From positions 1 through 32,052 of the IMG/VR virus record IMGVR_UViG_3300011339_000208: a DNA stretch of 32,052 nucleotides. One strand, given 5' to 3'. The notes under the pieces are model-generated. The model was given only the letters and a program-made list of their open reading frames with translations, did no database searches and was not told where the DNA came from. Origin of the DNA: a virus. Taxonomy: Duplodnaviria; Caudoviricetes. Shown here in pieces: positions 1 through 10,243 of the stretch (position 1 is the stretch's first letter; the number at the start of each line of letters is the position of its first letter). The position numbers and the translations under genes are program-made.

Positions 1-1470
1 TCTAGCCTTTACCCAAACAAAGTCAGGCTTAAATCCACCAGAATTTGTAACAGTAATAGCAGAGCCTGTACCAGCATAAGTAGTAGCATCCATATACTTA
101 TTACCAGCAACAATAGTGCTTGTAGGTAGGTTATATGTGTTTAGTGCTACATATCCTGTTGGTGGGGTGTAGGCGAATGGTTGTTGGCCGAAGTTGACGG
201 TTGTTACTCCACCATTGTTTAAACCAAAGGTTGGGCAAACTGTCAATCCTGTTAATCCAATGGCTGTCTTTTGTCCTTGGCTTACATTATTTTTAAAGAA
301 CTCTATCGTTTGGTTTGTCATATCAAAGGCAACACTAACAGTGTCTCCAGTGGTATAAGTTGCGCCGTAAGCAACCCAAGCAGTTCCGTTAAAATAATCT
401 CCGTTTGCTCTATAAGCCCTAGCATAAGAAAAACTTGATGCCCCTTGGTTCATAAATCCAAACCAATCGGAGGTAGCGGTTCCTGATATAGCTCTTTCGT
501 AATACCATTTACCGTTTGTTACACTCATTGTGCCAAAACAAATATAAGAATTACCGGGAGCTGATGCTTGTAAATTGCCGTTTGTTATAGTTGCAAGCGT
601 TCCCAAAGCAGAGTTTGGATTATCTAACGGATTTAATGTGCAATAGTTAGCAGCCGTTGTGCTAGTCAGCGTGGGGACGTCGGTCATGCTGTCGTATGTA
701 GAACCGCTAGTAACAGAGATGTTATTAGTAGTCCAATAGTTACCATTACCACTAAAGTCTTTACCTAGACCAGCATTAGATCCGCTAGTAGTAGCTACAT
801 CGGTAAATTTAAGATAAAAGCCATTAGTTCCGTATGTACCGCTATAGGCTTTAGGTTTCCATACACCAGTTAAAGAATCTGTTTCACCGAAGGATGATGG
901 GGTTAGTGCTTGTCCGTCAATAAAATTGACTTCAGTCATGTAGCCGTCATAAAAAACATTATTACTGTATGTGCCAATTTGTTGTGAATTTGTGGCGTTT
1001 ATAAAAGAGTCTCTATTTTGTACATAAGCACCACTAACAGCAGTAAACCCTAAAGTTTGCTGAACACCATTGACATATAGTTTTAAAGCATTTGCAGAGG
1101 ACGCTTGTGTTGAATCATAAGCAAAAATAACATGATACCAAGAGGCTGGATCTCTAAATAAAGCAGATGTTTCCCAGACTAAGTTGTATGACCCGTTTAC
1201 AAAATCTTGCATAAATAATGTAGAGGCTCCTGTTCCACCCCAACCGAAAGCAGTAAAGCTAGAGGTGCTGACATAACCCTGATACATACCACCAACAAAC
1301 TGACCACGCTTAATCCAACCAGACCAAGTCCAAGTTTTTCTATTTCCAGCACTAGCTGGCGTTCTATTTAGATAAGCAGATGCACTACTTCTAAATCGCA
1401 AAGATTTAGCAATGGTGTATCCACCATCAGTCGTAGTTAATAATGGACTTGCTGATCCTGGGACAATCAT
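1..1470 (-). CDS. Tail fibre / receptor-binding protein with ConA-like (LamG) and SPRY-like domains; runs off the window at its 3' end
   Basis: Not in the ORF track because no stop lies in the window. ATG at 1470 overlaps the upstream TAA (TAATG). Translation starts MIVPGSASPLLTTTDGGYTIAKSLRFRSSASAYLNRTPASAGNRKTWTWSGWIKRG, includes FRDPASWYHVIFAYDS, and reaches KPDFVWVKAR at position 1. These are typical phage LamG/SPRY lectin-fold motifs. Confidence 0.8.
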   Translation of the reverse strand, partial: MIVPGSASPLLTTTDGGYTIAKSLRFRSSASAYLNRTPASAGNRKTWTWSGWIKRGQFVGGMYQGYVSTSSFTAFGWGGTGASTLFMQDFVNGSYNLVWETSALFRDPASWYHVIFAYDSTQASSANALKLYVNGVQQTLGFTAVSGAYVQNRDSFINATNSQQIGTYSNNVFYDGYMTEVNFIDGQALTPSSFGETDSLTGVWKPKAYSGTYGTNGFYLKFTDVATTSGSNAGLGKDFSGNGNYWTTNNISVTSGSTYDSMTDVPTLTSTTAANYCTLNPLDNPNSALGTLATITNGNLQASAPGNSYICFGTMSVTNGKWYYERAISGTATSDWFGFMNQGASSFSYARAYRANGDYFNGTAWVAYGATYTTGDTVSVAFDMTNQTIEFFKNNVSQGQKTAIGLTGLTVCPTFGLNNGGVTTVNFGQQPFAYTPPTGYVALNTYNLPTSTIVAGNKYMDATTYAGTGSAITVTNSGGFKPDFVWVKAR

Positions 1471-2138
1471 TATTTGACATCCGATAAAAGTTTAGCAGTA
1501 ATACGAGTAGATGATTCTACATAATATACGAGCACATCTACAGCACTTGCAGTTGTAGTCAATGTTGGAGCAGTACCGCCTGAGAACTTAAAATAGCTAC
1601 CATAAGCAAGAGTACGAGATCCTGTACCATCTTGAGTAATAACAATAGCGCCAGACTGACCAGCAGTTAAATTTGTAGGATTAGCTAATGTACGATTACC
1701 GCCAATAGTTAAACTATAGTTGTTTGCAGCAGCAAAATCAGGGGTAATTGTAGAGCCATCTGTTAAAGCAGATACAGTTCCACGCTGGGCTACAGAAAAT
1801 GACTGAACAGCGTTAGTTACAGCATTATTAGCGTTATAGGCTTGAACATCTGTACCAATGACCAATCCTAGATTAGTCCGAGCATTAGCAGCAGTAGAAG
1901 CTCCTGTACCGCCATCAGCAACGGCTAGATCGGTAATACCAGTAATAGTACCGCCAGTAATCTTAACGGCAGTCATGGTATATGTACCATCACGCAAACC
2001 ATCTCCAACATCACGAATCTGCGCCATCATATCACGCATGGTGTCATTTACGCCAGAAGGCAACATACCCTCTGGAGCGCCATCTGGAGGGGCAGCATTA
2101 TTAGATGCTGGGGTAAGGGAGTATTTTGTATATGCCAT
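1470..2138 (-). CDS. Tail fibre protein (proximal/adaptor fibre)
   Basis: 222 aa, Thr/Gly/Ser-rich. Carries the fibre motif DLAVADGGTGASTAANARTNLGL and a C-terminal ITQDGTGSRTL...APTLTTTASAVDVL module. Located after the ejection genes. Confidence 0.75.
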   Translation of the reverse strand: MAYTKYSLTPASNNAAPPDGAPEGMLPSGVNDTMRDMMAQIRDVGDGLRDGTYTMTAVKITGGTITGITDLAVADGGTGASTAANARTNLGLVIGTDVQAYNANNAVTNAVQSFSVAQRGTVSALTDGSTITPDFAAANNYSLTIGGNRTLANPTNLTAGQSGAIVITQDGTGSRTLAYGSYFKFSGGTAPTLTTTASAVDVLVYYVESSTRITAKLLSDVK

Positions 2139-2165
2139 GATTGTTCCTATTATATCTATATTGCG

Positions 2166-4190
2166 TTATTCTGATAAGCCTTCTTCAACTTGATTTGCTT
2201 TAATTACTTGATTTATTTCGGTAATAGCCAATCCAATTTTCTTTTGATCTTTGCCTGTTTTAGCCAACTTCTCTAACGACATAACTCCATCTGGGCTAGT
2301 AATTGCTTTGGCAATATTTCTGTAGTCTTGACCAAAAAAGATGGTTTGATAAAGATCACCAACTGTAGATAATGGCTGTTTTAATGCTCTGCCAATAGAT
2401 CCAGCGCTTGCTTCAGCAAGCATCCCTTTTTCTGCTGTAGGAGATCCAGAAGGCAATCTTCTACTTTGAGCTTCTAAAATATCCATCATTTTGTTTAAGC
2501 CATTAACAGCTTGACTGCCTTTATCGCCATAAACGCCTTTAAATGCTGCTCTTAGGTTTTCACGCTGAGTAGTATTTTTAGCAATAGTATCTACAAATCT
2601 AGCTCCTACAGTACCACCTTGTGTAGATGCTGCTCTTTGTACATTTTCTAAAGATGCTCTCATATATTGAGTTAAAAAGTCTTTAGGAAGATTTGGGTCT
2701 GTTTTTCCTAATGATTCTATTGTCATAGTTACTTTTTTAGGAGTAAGACCAATTTCTGCTGCTTTTGTAGCAAACAAATCACCAAACTGCCTAGAAAGAT
2801 CATTAGTTTCCGCTAATTTAGGAATAGGGGATTCTCTTACTGGCTCTTGAATACGCTCACGAATTGCATCATATTCTTTACGAGCAGTTTTATAGTCTGG
2901 TATTTGTGTATCAGCTTTTTTAAGTAGATTTCTACGAGCCTCATCATAGATACGCATTTCATTAGTAACAACACCAGGATTCTGACCAGCTAATGAACTA
3001 TATTTATCTTGCAAGAATGAACGCATAGCTTCAATGCGAGCTATAGAGTTGGTTTCATAACCTTTTAATAGATCACGATAGGCTGGAACTGTGTCTACTG
3101 CTTTAGCAGCTTCAGAAATTACAGCACTTTCATTTTCTAGGTTTTTCATCCAAGACTGAGGAATTTTCTTTTCCTTTATAGCTTCAAACGCTCCACCACC
3201 TTCTTCAACAATTTGCTTTTGCAATGCTTTTTGTTCTGCTTGAGCTGCTCTTTGTACATCTGTACCCATTTGCTGACGAGCAGTAGTAGGGAATGTTGTT
3301 TCTAATGTCTTTTGTGTCTGAGCACCACGAGAAGCCATAAACTCTTGCATTGCTGGAGCAGATGCTGGAGTTGCCTCAACTTGTCTTTGTAAGGCTGGTA
3401 GCGCTGTTTTGCCACCAGATGCTTGTTGCATTGCCTCAAAAGAAGTTACTGGCATACCAGTTGTAAACGATTGTTTTTGTAAACCAGATGCAGCTTGTAT
3501 TTCTTGAGGAGTCATTCTTTGTGTAGACTCTGCATACATACGCTCTAATGGAGATTTAGCAGCCAATGGGGATAGCAGTAATGGCAATCCTACGCCACCA
3601 GCCATACGAGCATAAGGCTCTAATGGAGTTCCAGCAAATACACCGCCTAAAGACTCTTCACCTACAGCAGATACCGCAGATGGAATCAAAGCAGCTTTTA
3701 CTGGTGCGCCTACTACATTTCGTGCAAAAGTCTGAGCTAATCTACCAGGAGCAGTTTCAGCTCTTTCCATAGGAATACCAGCTTGTCTAGCTAAATCTGT
3801 AATTTGTCCAGATGTAGGCATTTCCATGCTTGGCAATTTATCAGCTCCTACCATTTGCTTAACTTGACCACCAACATCTAGGTATTGTTTAGCAGCTTGA
3901 TATTGTTCTGGGGTAAAGCCAAACAATTTAGCTAATTCAGAGCCACCAACATCTAGGCTTCTCTTAACTTCTCCTGGCAATCCTAATATTCCAGATACAC
4001 CTTCTACTACAGGCAAAGCAGCTTTACCAATAGCCTTTTGCATTGATCCAATTTCTGCAAACGGCTTTGATTTCTTATCACGCTCTAAACCTTCAGCAGC
4101 CAATCTTTTATCAATATCTGCTAATGATGAGCCAATAGAAAACTCTGCTTCAGTACCATCAGTAAGCAATACTATTTTTTTATCAGCCAT
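2166..4190 (-). CDS. Large internal virion / DNA ejection protein
   Basis: 674 aa, Ala/Gln/Lys-rich and likely helical, with a short Gly/hydrophobic stretch (AGGVGLPLLLSPLAA). Last and largest gene of the post-tail-hub block, as for P22 gp16-type genes. Positional inference. Confidence 0.6.
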   Translation of the reverse strand: MADKKIVLLTDGTEAEFSIGSSLADIDKRLAAEGLERDKKSKPFAEIGSMQKAIGKAALPVVEGVSGILGLPGEVKRSLDVGGSELAKLFGFTPEQYQAAKQYLDVGGQVKQMVGADKLPSMEMPTSGQITDLARQAGIPMERAETAPGRLAQTFARNVVGAPVKAALIPSAVSAVGEESLGGVFAGTPLEPYARMAGGVGLPLLLSPLAAKSPLERMYAESTQRMTPQEIQAASGLQKQSFTTGMPVTSFEAMQQASGGKTALPALQRQVEATPASAPAMQEFMASRGAQTQKTLETTFPTTARQQMGTDVQRAAQAEQKALQKQIVEEGGGAFEAIKEKKIPQSWMKNLENESAVISEAAKAVDTVPAYRDLLKGYETNSIARIEAMRSFLQDKYSSLAGQNPGVVTNEMRIYDEARRNLLKKADTQIPDYKTARKEYDAIRERIQEPVRESPIPKLAETNDLSRQFGDLFATKAAEIGLTPKKVTMTIESLGKTDPNLPKDFLTQYMRASLENVQRAASTQGGTVGARFVDTIAKNTTQRENLRAAFKGVYGDKGSQAVNGLNKMMDILEAQSRRLPSGSPTAEKGMLAEASAGSIGRALKQPLSTVGDLYQTIFFGQDYRNIAKAITSPDGVMSLEKLAKTGKDQKKIGLAITEINQVIKANQVEEGLSE

Positions 4191-4192
4191 TA

Positions 4193-5416
4193 TTATTTTC
4201 CTGGGTTAATAAAACTTCTGCGCTCTTTAGGCTGATTTCCTGTTCCAGGAGCTTTTAATGCTGCATCAAGTTGTTTTTGGTCAATAACTGGGCCAAGAGA
4301 ATTGTCATATTGAGCAATAGAAGCATCAGAGTAATTGCCTTTTTTATACAATTCACGAGCTTTATCAGATAGCAATGAATTTCGTTTAGCAAATGCTTCT
4401 GCTCCAGTAGCCATAAATTGACGGCCTTGCTCACTATTAGATAGCGATGGAACTGAACTCATATAAGCCTTAAACTCAATATCAGATGTAGATCCTGATC
4501 CTGGCTGTCTTACGCCTACAGCAGCACGAGTTGCCAAAGATTGAGCCAAATCATTTGCAGATACTTGTTCATTTTTAAGACCAAGATCTTTAGCCAATCC
4601 AGTACCAACTTTAACCAATTCTCCACCGCCTTTACCAGATAGTAATGAATTAACTGTTGATGCAGTTTGAGCAAAAGTACGACTAGATGCAGCAGCTTGA
4701 GAAAATTCGCCAACACGCTCTGAATCAATCTTATCAAGGCCTTTTTCTGAAAGACTAATGGTTGTAGTTGGAGCAGATGATTGTTTAAATTGTCTAAATA
4801 ATGCTTGCTGATCTGGCGACATTTTAGAATATGCTTCAAAAGTCTTAATAGCTTCTGGAGAAGAATCAGTTTTAACCATCAACTTAGCAGCTTCTACTGG
4901 ATCAACAAGGCTAATTGCTTGAACTAATTTTTCAAAATTTACTGTTTTTTGAGTAGGAAGATTAGCTTTTAATGAGCTAACAGTTTCTTGATTTGCAAAA
5001 CCACCACCAAACTCAGGTCTAGACAGCATCTCTAATTGAGATCCTTTGCCTTGAGCCATTGGGATTTGAGTTGGAGTTGTTTCATAAGCTCCAGCCATAG
5101 CTTGCTCAAATAATGCTTGTTTTTGTTTTTTAGCCTTATAGTCTTGCATTTGTTGCATAGTCATCATCTGCTTAAGCGTATTATCAAATGATCCTTGATA
5201 CGCTCCAGAACCAGCTCCCAATGCAGCTCCTAGAGCCTGTCCTGTGCTTACTGGCACTCTTTGAGCTCCAGACATACCAAGCATAGCTACAGCACTAGCT
5301 AATAGCGCTTGTTTAGCTGCATTAGACTGAATAGATTGTGCTTGTTCTGGTGAAAGTACGGATGATAGATCAGGTAACTGACCAAACATTCCTGGTGCGA
5401 TATCTTCAAGTTCCAT
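4193..5416 (-). CDS. Internal virion / DNA ejection protein
   Basis: 407 aa. N-terminal hydrophobic Gly/Ala segments (ALLASAVAMLG, GQALGAALGAG), Gln-rich coil and a GSTSDIEF motif. Position supports the call. Confidence 0.6.
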   Translation of the reverse strand: MELEDIAPGMFGQLPDLSSVLSPEQAQSIQSNAAKQALLASAVAMLGMSGAQRVPVSTGQALGAALGAGSGAYQGSFDNTLKQMMTMQQMQDYKAKKQKQALFEQAMAGAYETTPTQIPMAQGKGSQLEMLSRPEFGGGFANQETVSSLKANLPTQKTVNFEKLVQAISLVDPVEAAKLMVKTDSSPEAIKTFEAYSKMSPDQQALFRQFKQSSAPTTTISLSEKGLDKIDSERVGEFSQAAASSRTFAQTASTVNSLLSGKGGGELVKVGTGLAKDLGLKNEQVSANDLAQSLATRAAVGVRQPGSGSTSDIEFKAYMSSVPSLSNSEQGRQFMATGAEAFAKRNSLLSDKARELYKKGNYSDASIAQYDNSLGPVIDQKQLDAALKAPGTGNQPKERRSFINPGK

Positions 5417-5420
5417 TTTC

Positions 5421-7097
5421 TTATCCTAATAATGATGATCTAGTAGATGTTTTTGGTGCTAATAAACTAAGTATTCCAGTGTAATCTACCATTCCTTTTG
5501 GAACATAAGAACCACCCAAAGCACCAGCAGCTTTTGCAGCTCCACTACTGCCACCAATACCCCTACTTAGTGCGCCCATTCCTAATAAAGTGCCTAAATT
5601 ACCAAATCCACTTAACCAGCTTTTATTTTCTGGGCTAGTGTAGTAACCATGACCTTCTGTTAAATCCTGATTGATATATTGCTGATCTAATGGAGTGTCT
5701 GTATATAAAGGCATATTGATTCCAGCTTCTCCAGCTTCACCAATAGTTGTGCCATACTTCATTTCAATTGCTTTTGCACGATCTAATGCTTCTACGCCAG
5801 TTGCGCCATCTATCGTATTTTCATTTAAATATCGTTCTAACTCAGACTTTGGCATTGTTGCAGCTTGAACTGCTGATGGATCCCATCCTTCATCAATCAT
5901 TGAAATTCTTTGTTGTTCTAATGGGATTTCGTTAAGACGAGTTACCCAATCAGCCATTTCATAATTACTTGCTCGTTTTAAACCAAAAGCCCTATCGTAT
6001 TCATTCATTAACTCCATATTAGCAATTTCTTGACTCATATCACCACCAGGCGTATACCTTACCTTAGAATCGCCTAAAATTGCGCTTTTGCTTGCACCAT
6101 AGTCTGTTGAAGGTGTTGTGGGAAAGAAATACTCTGATCCAGATCCTAAAGTACCGCCTAATGCGCCACCATAAAGAATATTTGTCTTTATATCGCCACC
6201 GCCTAGCAATGTGTTGATTGCACCACCAGCAGCACCACGACCAGCGCCTAATAAACCACTAGCAGCAACAGATCCTTTTGCTGCTTCTGCAACGCCAGGG
6301 AACAATGCAGCTTCACCGCCACCTAAGATACCGCCTGTAGCGCCACCAATCAAAGCACCTTTGAGCGCATCTTGACCAGTTAATGCAGATGTAACACCAC
6401 CAGTTAAAGCGCCATATCCAGAGCCTTTTAATGCAGCTAAAACTAATGGATTTGATAATAGACCTACTTCTCCTGTAGCTGCCAATGCTGGAGCGCCTAA
6501 AGCAGTACCAGCAGCAGCGCCAGCACCAATTAAACCAAGAGCGCCTAAACCAGTACCAGCAGCACCAGCAGCAAGAGCTAATGGAATTGCTGTTTCCATA
6601 AATTTATCAAACCCACCAGAATCAGCTCGTTCTCTTGGAACAGGGATTGGATTACCAGACTGATCTAATACAAATCTGCCAGTACTAGGGTCTACAACAT
6701 ATTCGCCACCACTTAAATCAGATGCACCAAATACAGATGCGTAAGGTGTATTTTGAAATCCATAACGAATATTCTCAGGATTTACCGCAGCAAGAATTTG
6801 CTCTCGAGTATATGGAGCAGCATACCCCATACTTATATATTCTTCTGGTCTTAAAAAGCTCTCAGCGTAAGCAGTTTCACCACCGCCAGTTTGATAGGCT
6901 GTTTTACCTGAGTTCCAATATGTAGGATCTTCGTAAACAGGATTATCAATAAACTGAGGAATATTTGGAGCAACGCCACCGCCACCACCGCCAGTAACTT
7001 GTTCTACATAATTATTCCAATCAGCTACTGCCTCTGGATTAGTAGCAATGGTTACTTCATCGGGTGGCCCCGTCATCTCCCAATTATAATCTGCCAT
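5421..7097 (-). CDS. Gly/Ala-rich putative internal virion (ejection) protein
   Basis: 558 aa. Acidic N-terminus and a long central glycine-zipper-like hydrophobic region (LALAAGAAGTGLGALGLIGAGAAAG...GGATGGILGGG). Confidence 0.5.
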   Translation of the reverse strand: MADYNWEMTGPPDEVTIATNPEAVADWNNYVEQVTGGGGGGVAPNIPQFIDNPVYEDPTYWNSGKTAYQTGGGETAYAESFLRPEEYISMGYAAPYTREQILAAVNPENIRYGFQNTPYASVFGASDLSGGEYVVDPSTGRFVLDQSGNPIPVPRERADSGGFDKFMETAIPLALAAGAAGTGLGALGLIGAGAAAGTALGAPALAATGEVGLLSNPLVLAALKGSGYGALTGGVTSALTGQDALKGALIGGATGGILGGGEAALFPGVAEAAKGSVAASGLLGAGRGAAGGAINTLLGGGDIKTNILYGGALGGTLGSGSEYFFPTTPSTDYGASKSAILGDSKVRYTPGGDMSQEIANMELMNEYDRAFGLKRASNYEMADWVTRLNEIPLEQQRISMIDEGWDPSAVQAATMPKSELERYLNENTIDGATGVEALDRAKAIEMKYGTTIGEAGEAGINMPLYTDTPLDQQYINQDLTEGHGYYTSPENKSWLSGFGNLGTLLGMGALSRGIGGSSGAAKAAGALGGSYVPKGMVDYTGILSLLAPKTSTRSSLLG

Positions 7098-7110
7098 ATA
7101 TTCTCTCTAA

Positions 7111-8010
7111 TTAACTAAAGCCACCTAATAAACCGCCACCTAAAGCGCCTATACCAGCACCTAAATTTGGGAATCCAAAAGCAGATCCTACAGCGTTACC
7201 TAATAGTCCGCCACCCAATGCACCACCGATAGCGCCTACAGTAGGATTAGTAGACATATTCTGGCTAGTAGATCCATAGCTTGCAGTAGGAGAGCCATAA
7301 ACAGATGACAGATAGCCTGATAACTGTTGGTATGGTAATTGCTGACCAAAGGAATAACGCTGCATAGCTTCTTGTAAAGGCTGTGCTGCAATTGCTTCTC
7401 TTTGTGCGCCAACTTGAGCCAATTGTTGTGATGGCAAATATTGTTGTCCATAAATGCTTGGAGCAGCTTGAGCTATGTTAGTTAATCCCATCATTGCTTG
7501 TTGCTGCCTTGCTCGCTCTTGATCGTATTGTGTGCCTACGATATTAGCTGAAACATCACCTAAAGCACGACCATACTGTTCTGTAGCTTGACCTAATGCA
7601 CTTTGCATAGCGCCAGAGCCATAACGACCAGATTTAGAATAAAGACTAGCAATGCCTGGCAATACTTGATTGCTGTATTGGCTTACCAATGGTCTTGTAG
7701 CAGCTTCAATCATCTGTTGCTGATAAGGGTTTCCTTGTAAGAATCCACCAGCAGCAGTATTGGCTAAACCACCATAAGACTGTAAATAAGCGTTTTGACC
7801 AACTTGTAATGAAGGGCTTTGCTGTTGAGCAATGTTTTGCTGTTGTTGCAAAGCAGTCATTGTTTCCTCAGACGGACTTACATAAGTCTGTCCTGGATAC
7901 ATTGATGGCTGTTCACCGCCCAAGAATAGAGTTTTTGCTCGCTCTAGACCAGTTGTGATATAGGGCAATATGCCTGGATCAATTGACGATGTTGTGCTTA
8001 CTGTTGCCAT
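7111..8010 (-). CDS. DNA pilot / ejection protein
   Basis: 299 aa, Gln/Ala/Gly-rich, with a C-terminal glycine zipper (GAIGGALGGGLLG...GIGALGGGLLGG). First gene of the ejection block. Confidence 0.6.
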   Translation of the reverse strand: MATVSTTSSIDPGILPYITTGLERAKTLFLGGEQPSMYPGQTYVSPSEETMTALQQQQNIAQQQSPSLQVGQNAYLQSYGGLANTAAGGFLQGNPYQQQMIEAATRPLVSQYSNQVLPGIASLYSKSGRYGSGAMQSALGQATEQYGRALGDVSANIVGTQYDQERARQQQAMMGLTNIAQAAPSIYGQQYLPSQQLAQVGAQREAIAAQPLQEAMQRYSFGQQLPYQQLSGYLSSVYGSPTASYGSTSQNMSTNPTVGAIGGALGGGLLGNAVGSAFGFPNLGAGIGALGGGLLGGFS

Positions 8011-8021
8011 GACTTTTCCTT

Positions 8022-8801
8022 TTATCCTACTATTACATATTTATAAGTTTTGCTTGCCGTACTATTGGCAAAATGAGTAATTACTGCGCTTCCGTTTGTC
8101 TGTGAGCTAATATATACATTGTCCATAGCATTAGGAGCTACATACTGCATAGTGGTAATTAAAGAAGCAGTAGATGGTTTTGCTGGAGATGTTCCTATCG
8201 GATAAAGCTGTAAAGAAACTTGCGTACTATCAGCGCTCCAATATAGTTGTATGTAATCATTTGCAGCACATTCTATAAAGTAATTCCACCCAGAAATAGT
8301 ATGTCCATTAACTGCTCCATGCTTACTAGGTATTGCAATAATCCCTGTTGATCCAACTATGTCTGTTCCGTTTTTTCTTAGCCAAACATAAGCATCGTGA
8401 TCTTGAGAATCTGTATTTTCAAACTGTCCAGACCATTGTAAATTGTAGATTCCAGCATTTCTAACATTCATTCTAGAACTATTAGAAAGATACACCCCAT
8501 TTGTATAGTCTGTTGTATCCAATGTCATTGCATAAGCAGTAGTAGTGCTTGCAATAGTTTGATCTACTAAACTTTGAAACGCACCATAAGGAGCAGTATC
8601 AGCAATAGCAGCAGCAGACTTTGGAACTAATAAGATAACAGAATCTATACCAATACGAGCATCTGTAAGGGTAGTTGTTGTTGCATTTCCTGTGGCTAAA
8701 GTAACAGACCCAGTATTATTGGTCTTGCCATCCATAATGTTATTAACGACTTCAGCGACTGCTCGCTGATCTCCACCAAACGGAGGTAATCGTCTAAACA
8801 T
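8022..8801 (-). CDS. Tail-associated structural protein with a central C1q/BclA-like beta-sandwich
   Basis: 259 aa. The central segment PYGAF...NAGIYNLQWSGQFEN...VWLRKNGTDI...NDYIQLYW resembles C1q/TNF-like jelly-roll motifs. Confidence 0.5.
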   Translation of the reverse strand: MFRRLPPFGGDQRAVAEVVNNIMDGKTNNTGSVTLATGNATTTTLTDARIGIDSVILLVPKSAAAIADTAPYGAFQSLVDQTIASTTTAYAMTLDTTDYTNGVYLSNSSRMNVRNAGIYNLQWSGQFENTDSQDHDAYVWLRKNGTDIVGSTGIIAIPSKHGAVNGHTISGWNYFIECAANDYIQLYWSADSTQVSLQLYPIGTSPAKPSTASLITTMQYVAPNAMDNVYISSQTNGSAVITHFANSTASKTYKYVIVG

Positions 8802-10243
8802 TATCTAGTTCCTAAACCATTTAACTCTATGTCCATTCCAATCGCAGTAGACCACGATCCTGTAGGACTTAATTGTAAACGATGGTAGCGCCCTACGCTA
8901 CGAATACTTACACGATTTTCAGAATCAGAAGATGCTGGAGTTCCGTAAGTAACGGTTTCATTTAATAACCTACGAGTTGCTACTGCCACATTAGCAGATC
9001 CATTATCTACAAGTGGCTTAACCATAGTAATAGCAGATGTAGAACCTGGTACTTCAATATCACCAGTTTCTAGATAGGCCGTTGCATTAGCGCCAGTAAA
9101 GGTAACAATCTTTGTGCCATTTACGCCAGCTAACTGTAATCTACCACCTAACCATAGACGGCTATCAAAGCTAGTCATAATGGTATCTAAATTGCCATAA
9201 GCATCCATACCCTCTAGCGTTACTGCTGGTGTAGAAGTTGTTGCAATGCGATCTACAGTAGTTGTTGCACTAGACCATTTTTGTGTCTGGAAATTGTAGA
9301 TAATTAGTTTATCTACAGTTGCTGAGTTTTGTGAAGCATAAGCCCAGATAATGAGCTTTTTAGCTGGGTCTACCGCAGCAGACATTTGATAAATAGTGCC
9401 TTGGTCTACATCGTTAAAAAAGTAACGATTTACCTTCTCATTACCGATAGGTAGGATTGTTTGTCCATCACAAGCATAGAACCCATCATCCCCAAGGAAG
9501 AATGTCATTCCAGCGTACTGTATTACAGAATTTGCCTCATAACAGCCCAAATTACGAGTAATGTTATCAAACTGAAATACTAATGGGCTGCCAACATACG
9601 ACATACGATAGATAGAGCGATCCATCAGGATTAGTCCAAATTCGCCACCAGTAATGCCTACTACTGATCCGCCATCAGGAATCTCTTGATAATCTGCTTG
9701 AGTTGTTGCGCTTGTAGTCCAACTAGATTCATCGTTTAAAGCAGACCATTGCACTCGATTAGGATAGTCAGACTGAATATTCCCAGCTACTACAAAATCA
9801 CGCACAATCGTTACATATCGTGCTGTAGGAGCATCGGCAGCCAAATCAGAAAATAAAGATGCTGAATTGACATTAAATCCTTGCAACTTATTATTTCCAT
9901 TAGCAGCAATCACTACATCGCCAAACTGGGTAAAACGCCATCTTTGATCTGTAGGAGTTGTATAGTTCCCAGACTTAGACACATTGTCTAATGATAGATC
10001 TGCTTGATCTAGTTTGAATAGCTTAGTAGCACCACCAGCAAATAAAATAGTACCGCCAACAGTAGTGCGACCAGCCACTACATTATTTAGCTCCTCAGAA
10101 GCAGAAGCAGAATAATCTACAACAGTTGGTACTGCACCATAGCCATTTGCTTTAGGAAATACATTTTCAGCCCTTTGTAGGCCATTTGTAAGACCTGGCT
10201 GGTCTGGAGTCCATTCTCCCAAAGTAATTCTACTTAGCGCCAT
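8801..10243 (-). CDS. Tail hub / packaged-DNA stabilisation protein (P22 gp10 / T7 gp12-like beta-propeller)
   Basis: 480 aa, beta-rich, with WRFTQFGD, RVQWSALND, NLGC and FFLGDDGFY motifs. Located downstream of the adaptor. Confidence 0.7.
   Translation of the reverse strand: MALSRITLGEWTPDQPGLTNGLQRAENVFPKANGYGAVPTVVDYSASASEELNNVVAGRTTVGGTILFAGGATKLFKLDQADLSLDNVSKSGNYTTPTDQRWRFTQFGDVVIAANGNNKLQGFNVNSASLFSDLAADAPTARYVTIVRDFVVAGNIQSDYPNRVQWSALNDESSWTTSATTQADYQEIPDGGSVVGITGGEFGLILMDRSIYRMSYVGSPLVFQFDNITRNLGCYEANSVIQYAGMTFFLGDDGFYACDGQTILPIGNEKVNRYFFNDVDQGTIYQMSAAVDPAKKLIIWAYASQNSATVDKLIIYNFQTQKWSSATTTVDRIATTSTPAVTLEGMDAYGNLDTIMTSFDSRLWLGGRLQLAGVNGTKIVTFTGANATAYLETGDIEVPGSTSAITMVKPLVDNGSANVAVATRRLLNETVTYGTPASSDSENRVSIRSVGRYHRLQLSPTGSWSTAIGMDIELNGLGTR

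Noticed and set aside
1-2138. Diversity-generating retroelement targeting the lectin-like fibre
   Set aside because: No reverse transcriptase or template/variable repeat pair was seen in the window. The fibre's 3' end is outside the window, so this cannot be fully excluded.
1858-2193. Plus-strand ORFs antisense to structural genes (also 3566, 5747, 6722, 10274, 10853, 13939, 14231, 16648, 18555, 18577, 20953)
   Set aside because: They are shadows of well-supported minus-strand genes and have no recognisable motifs.
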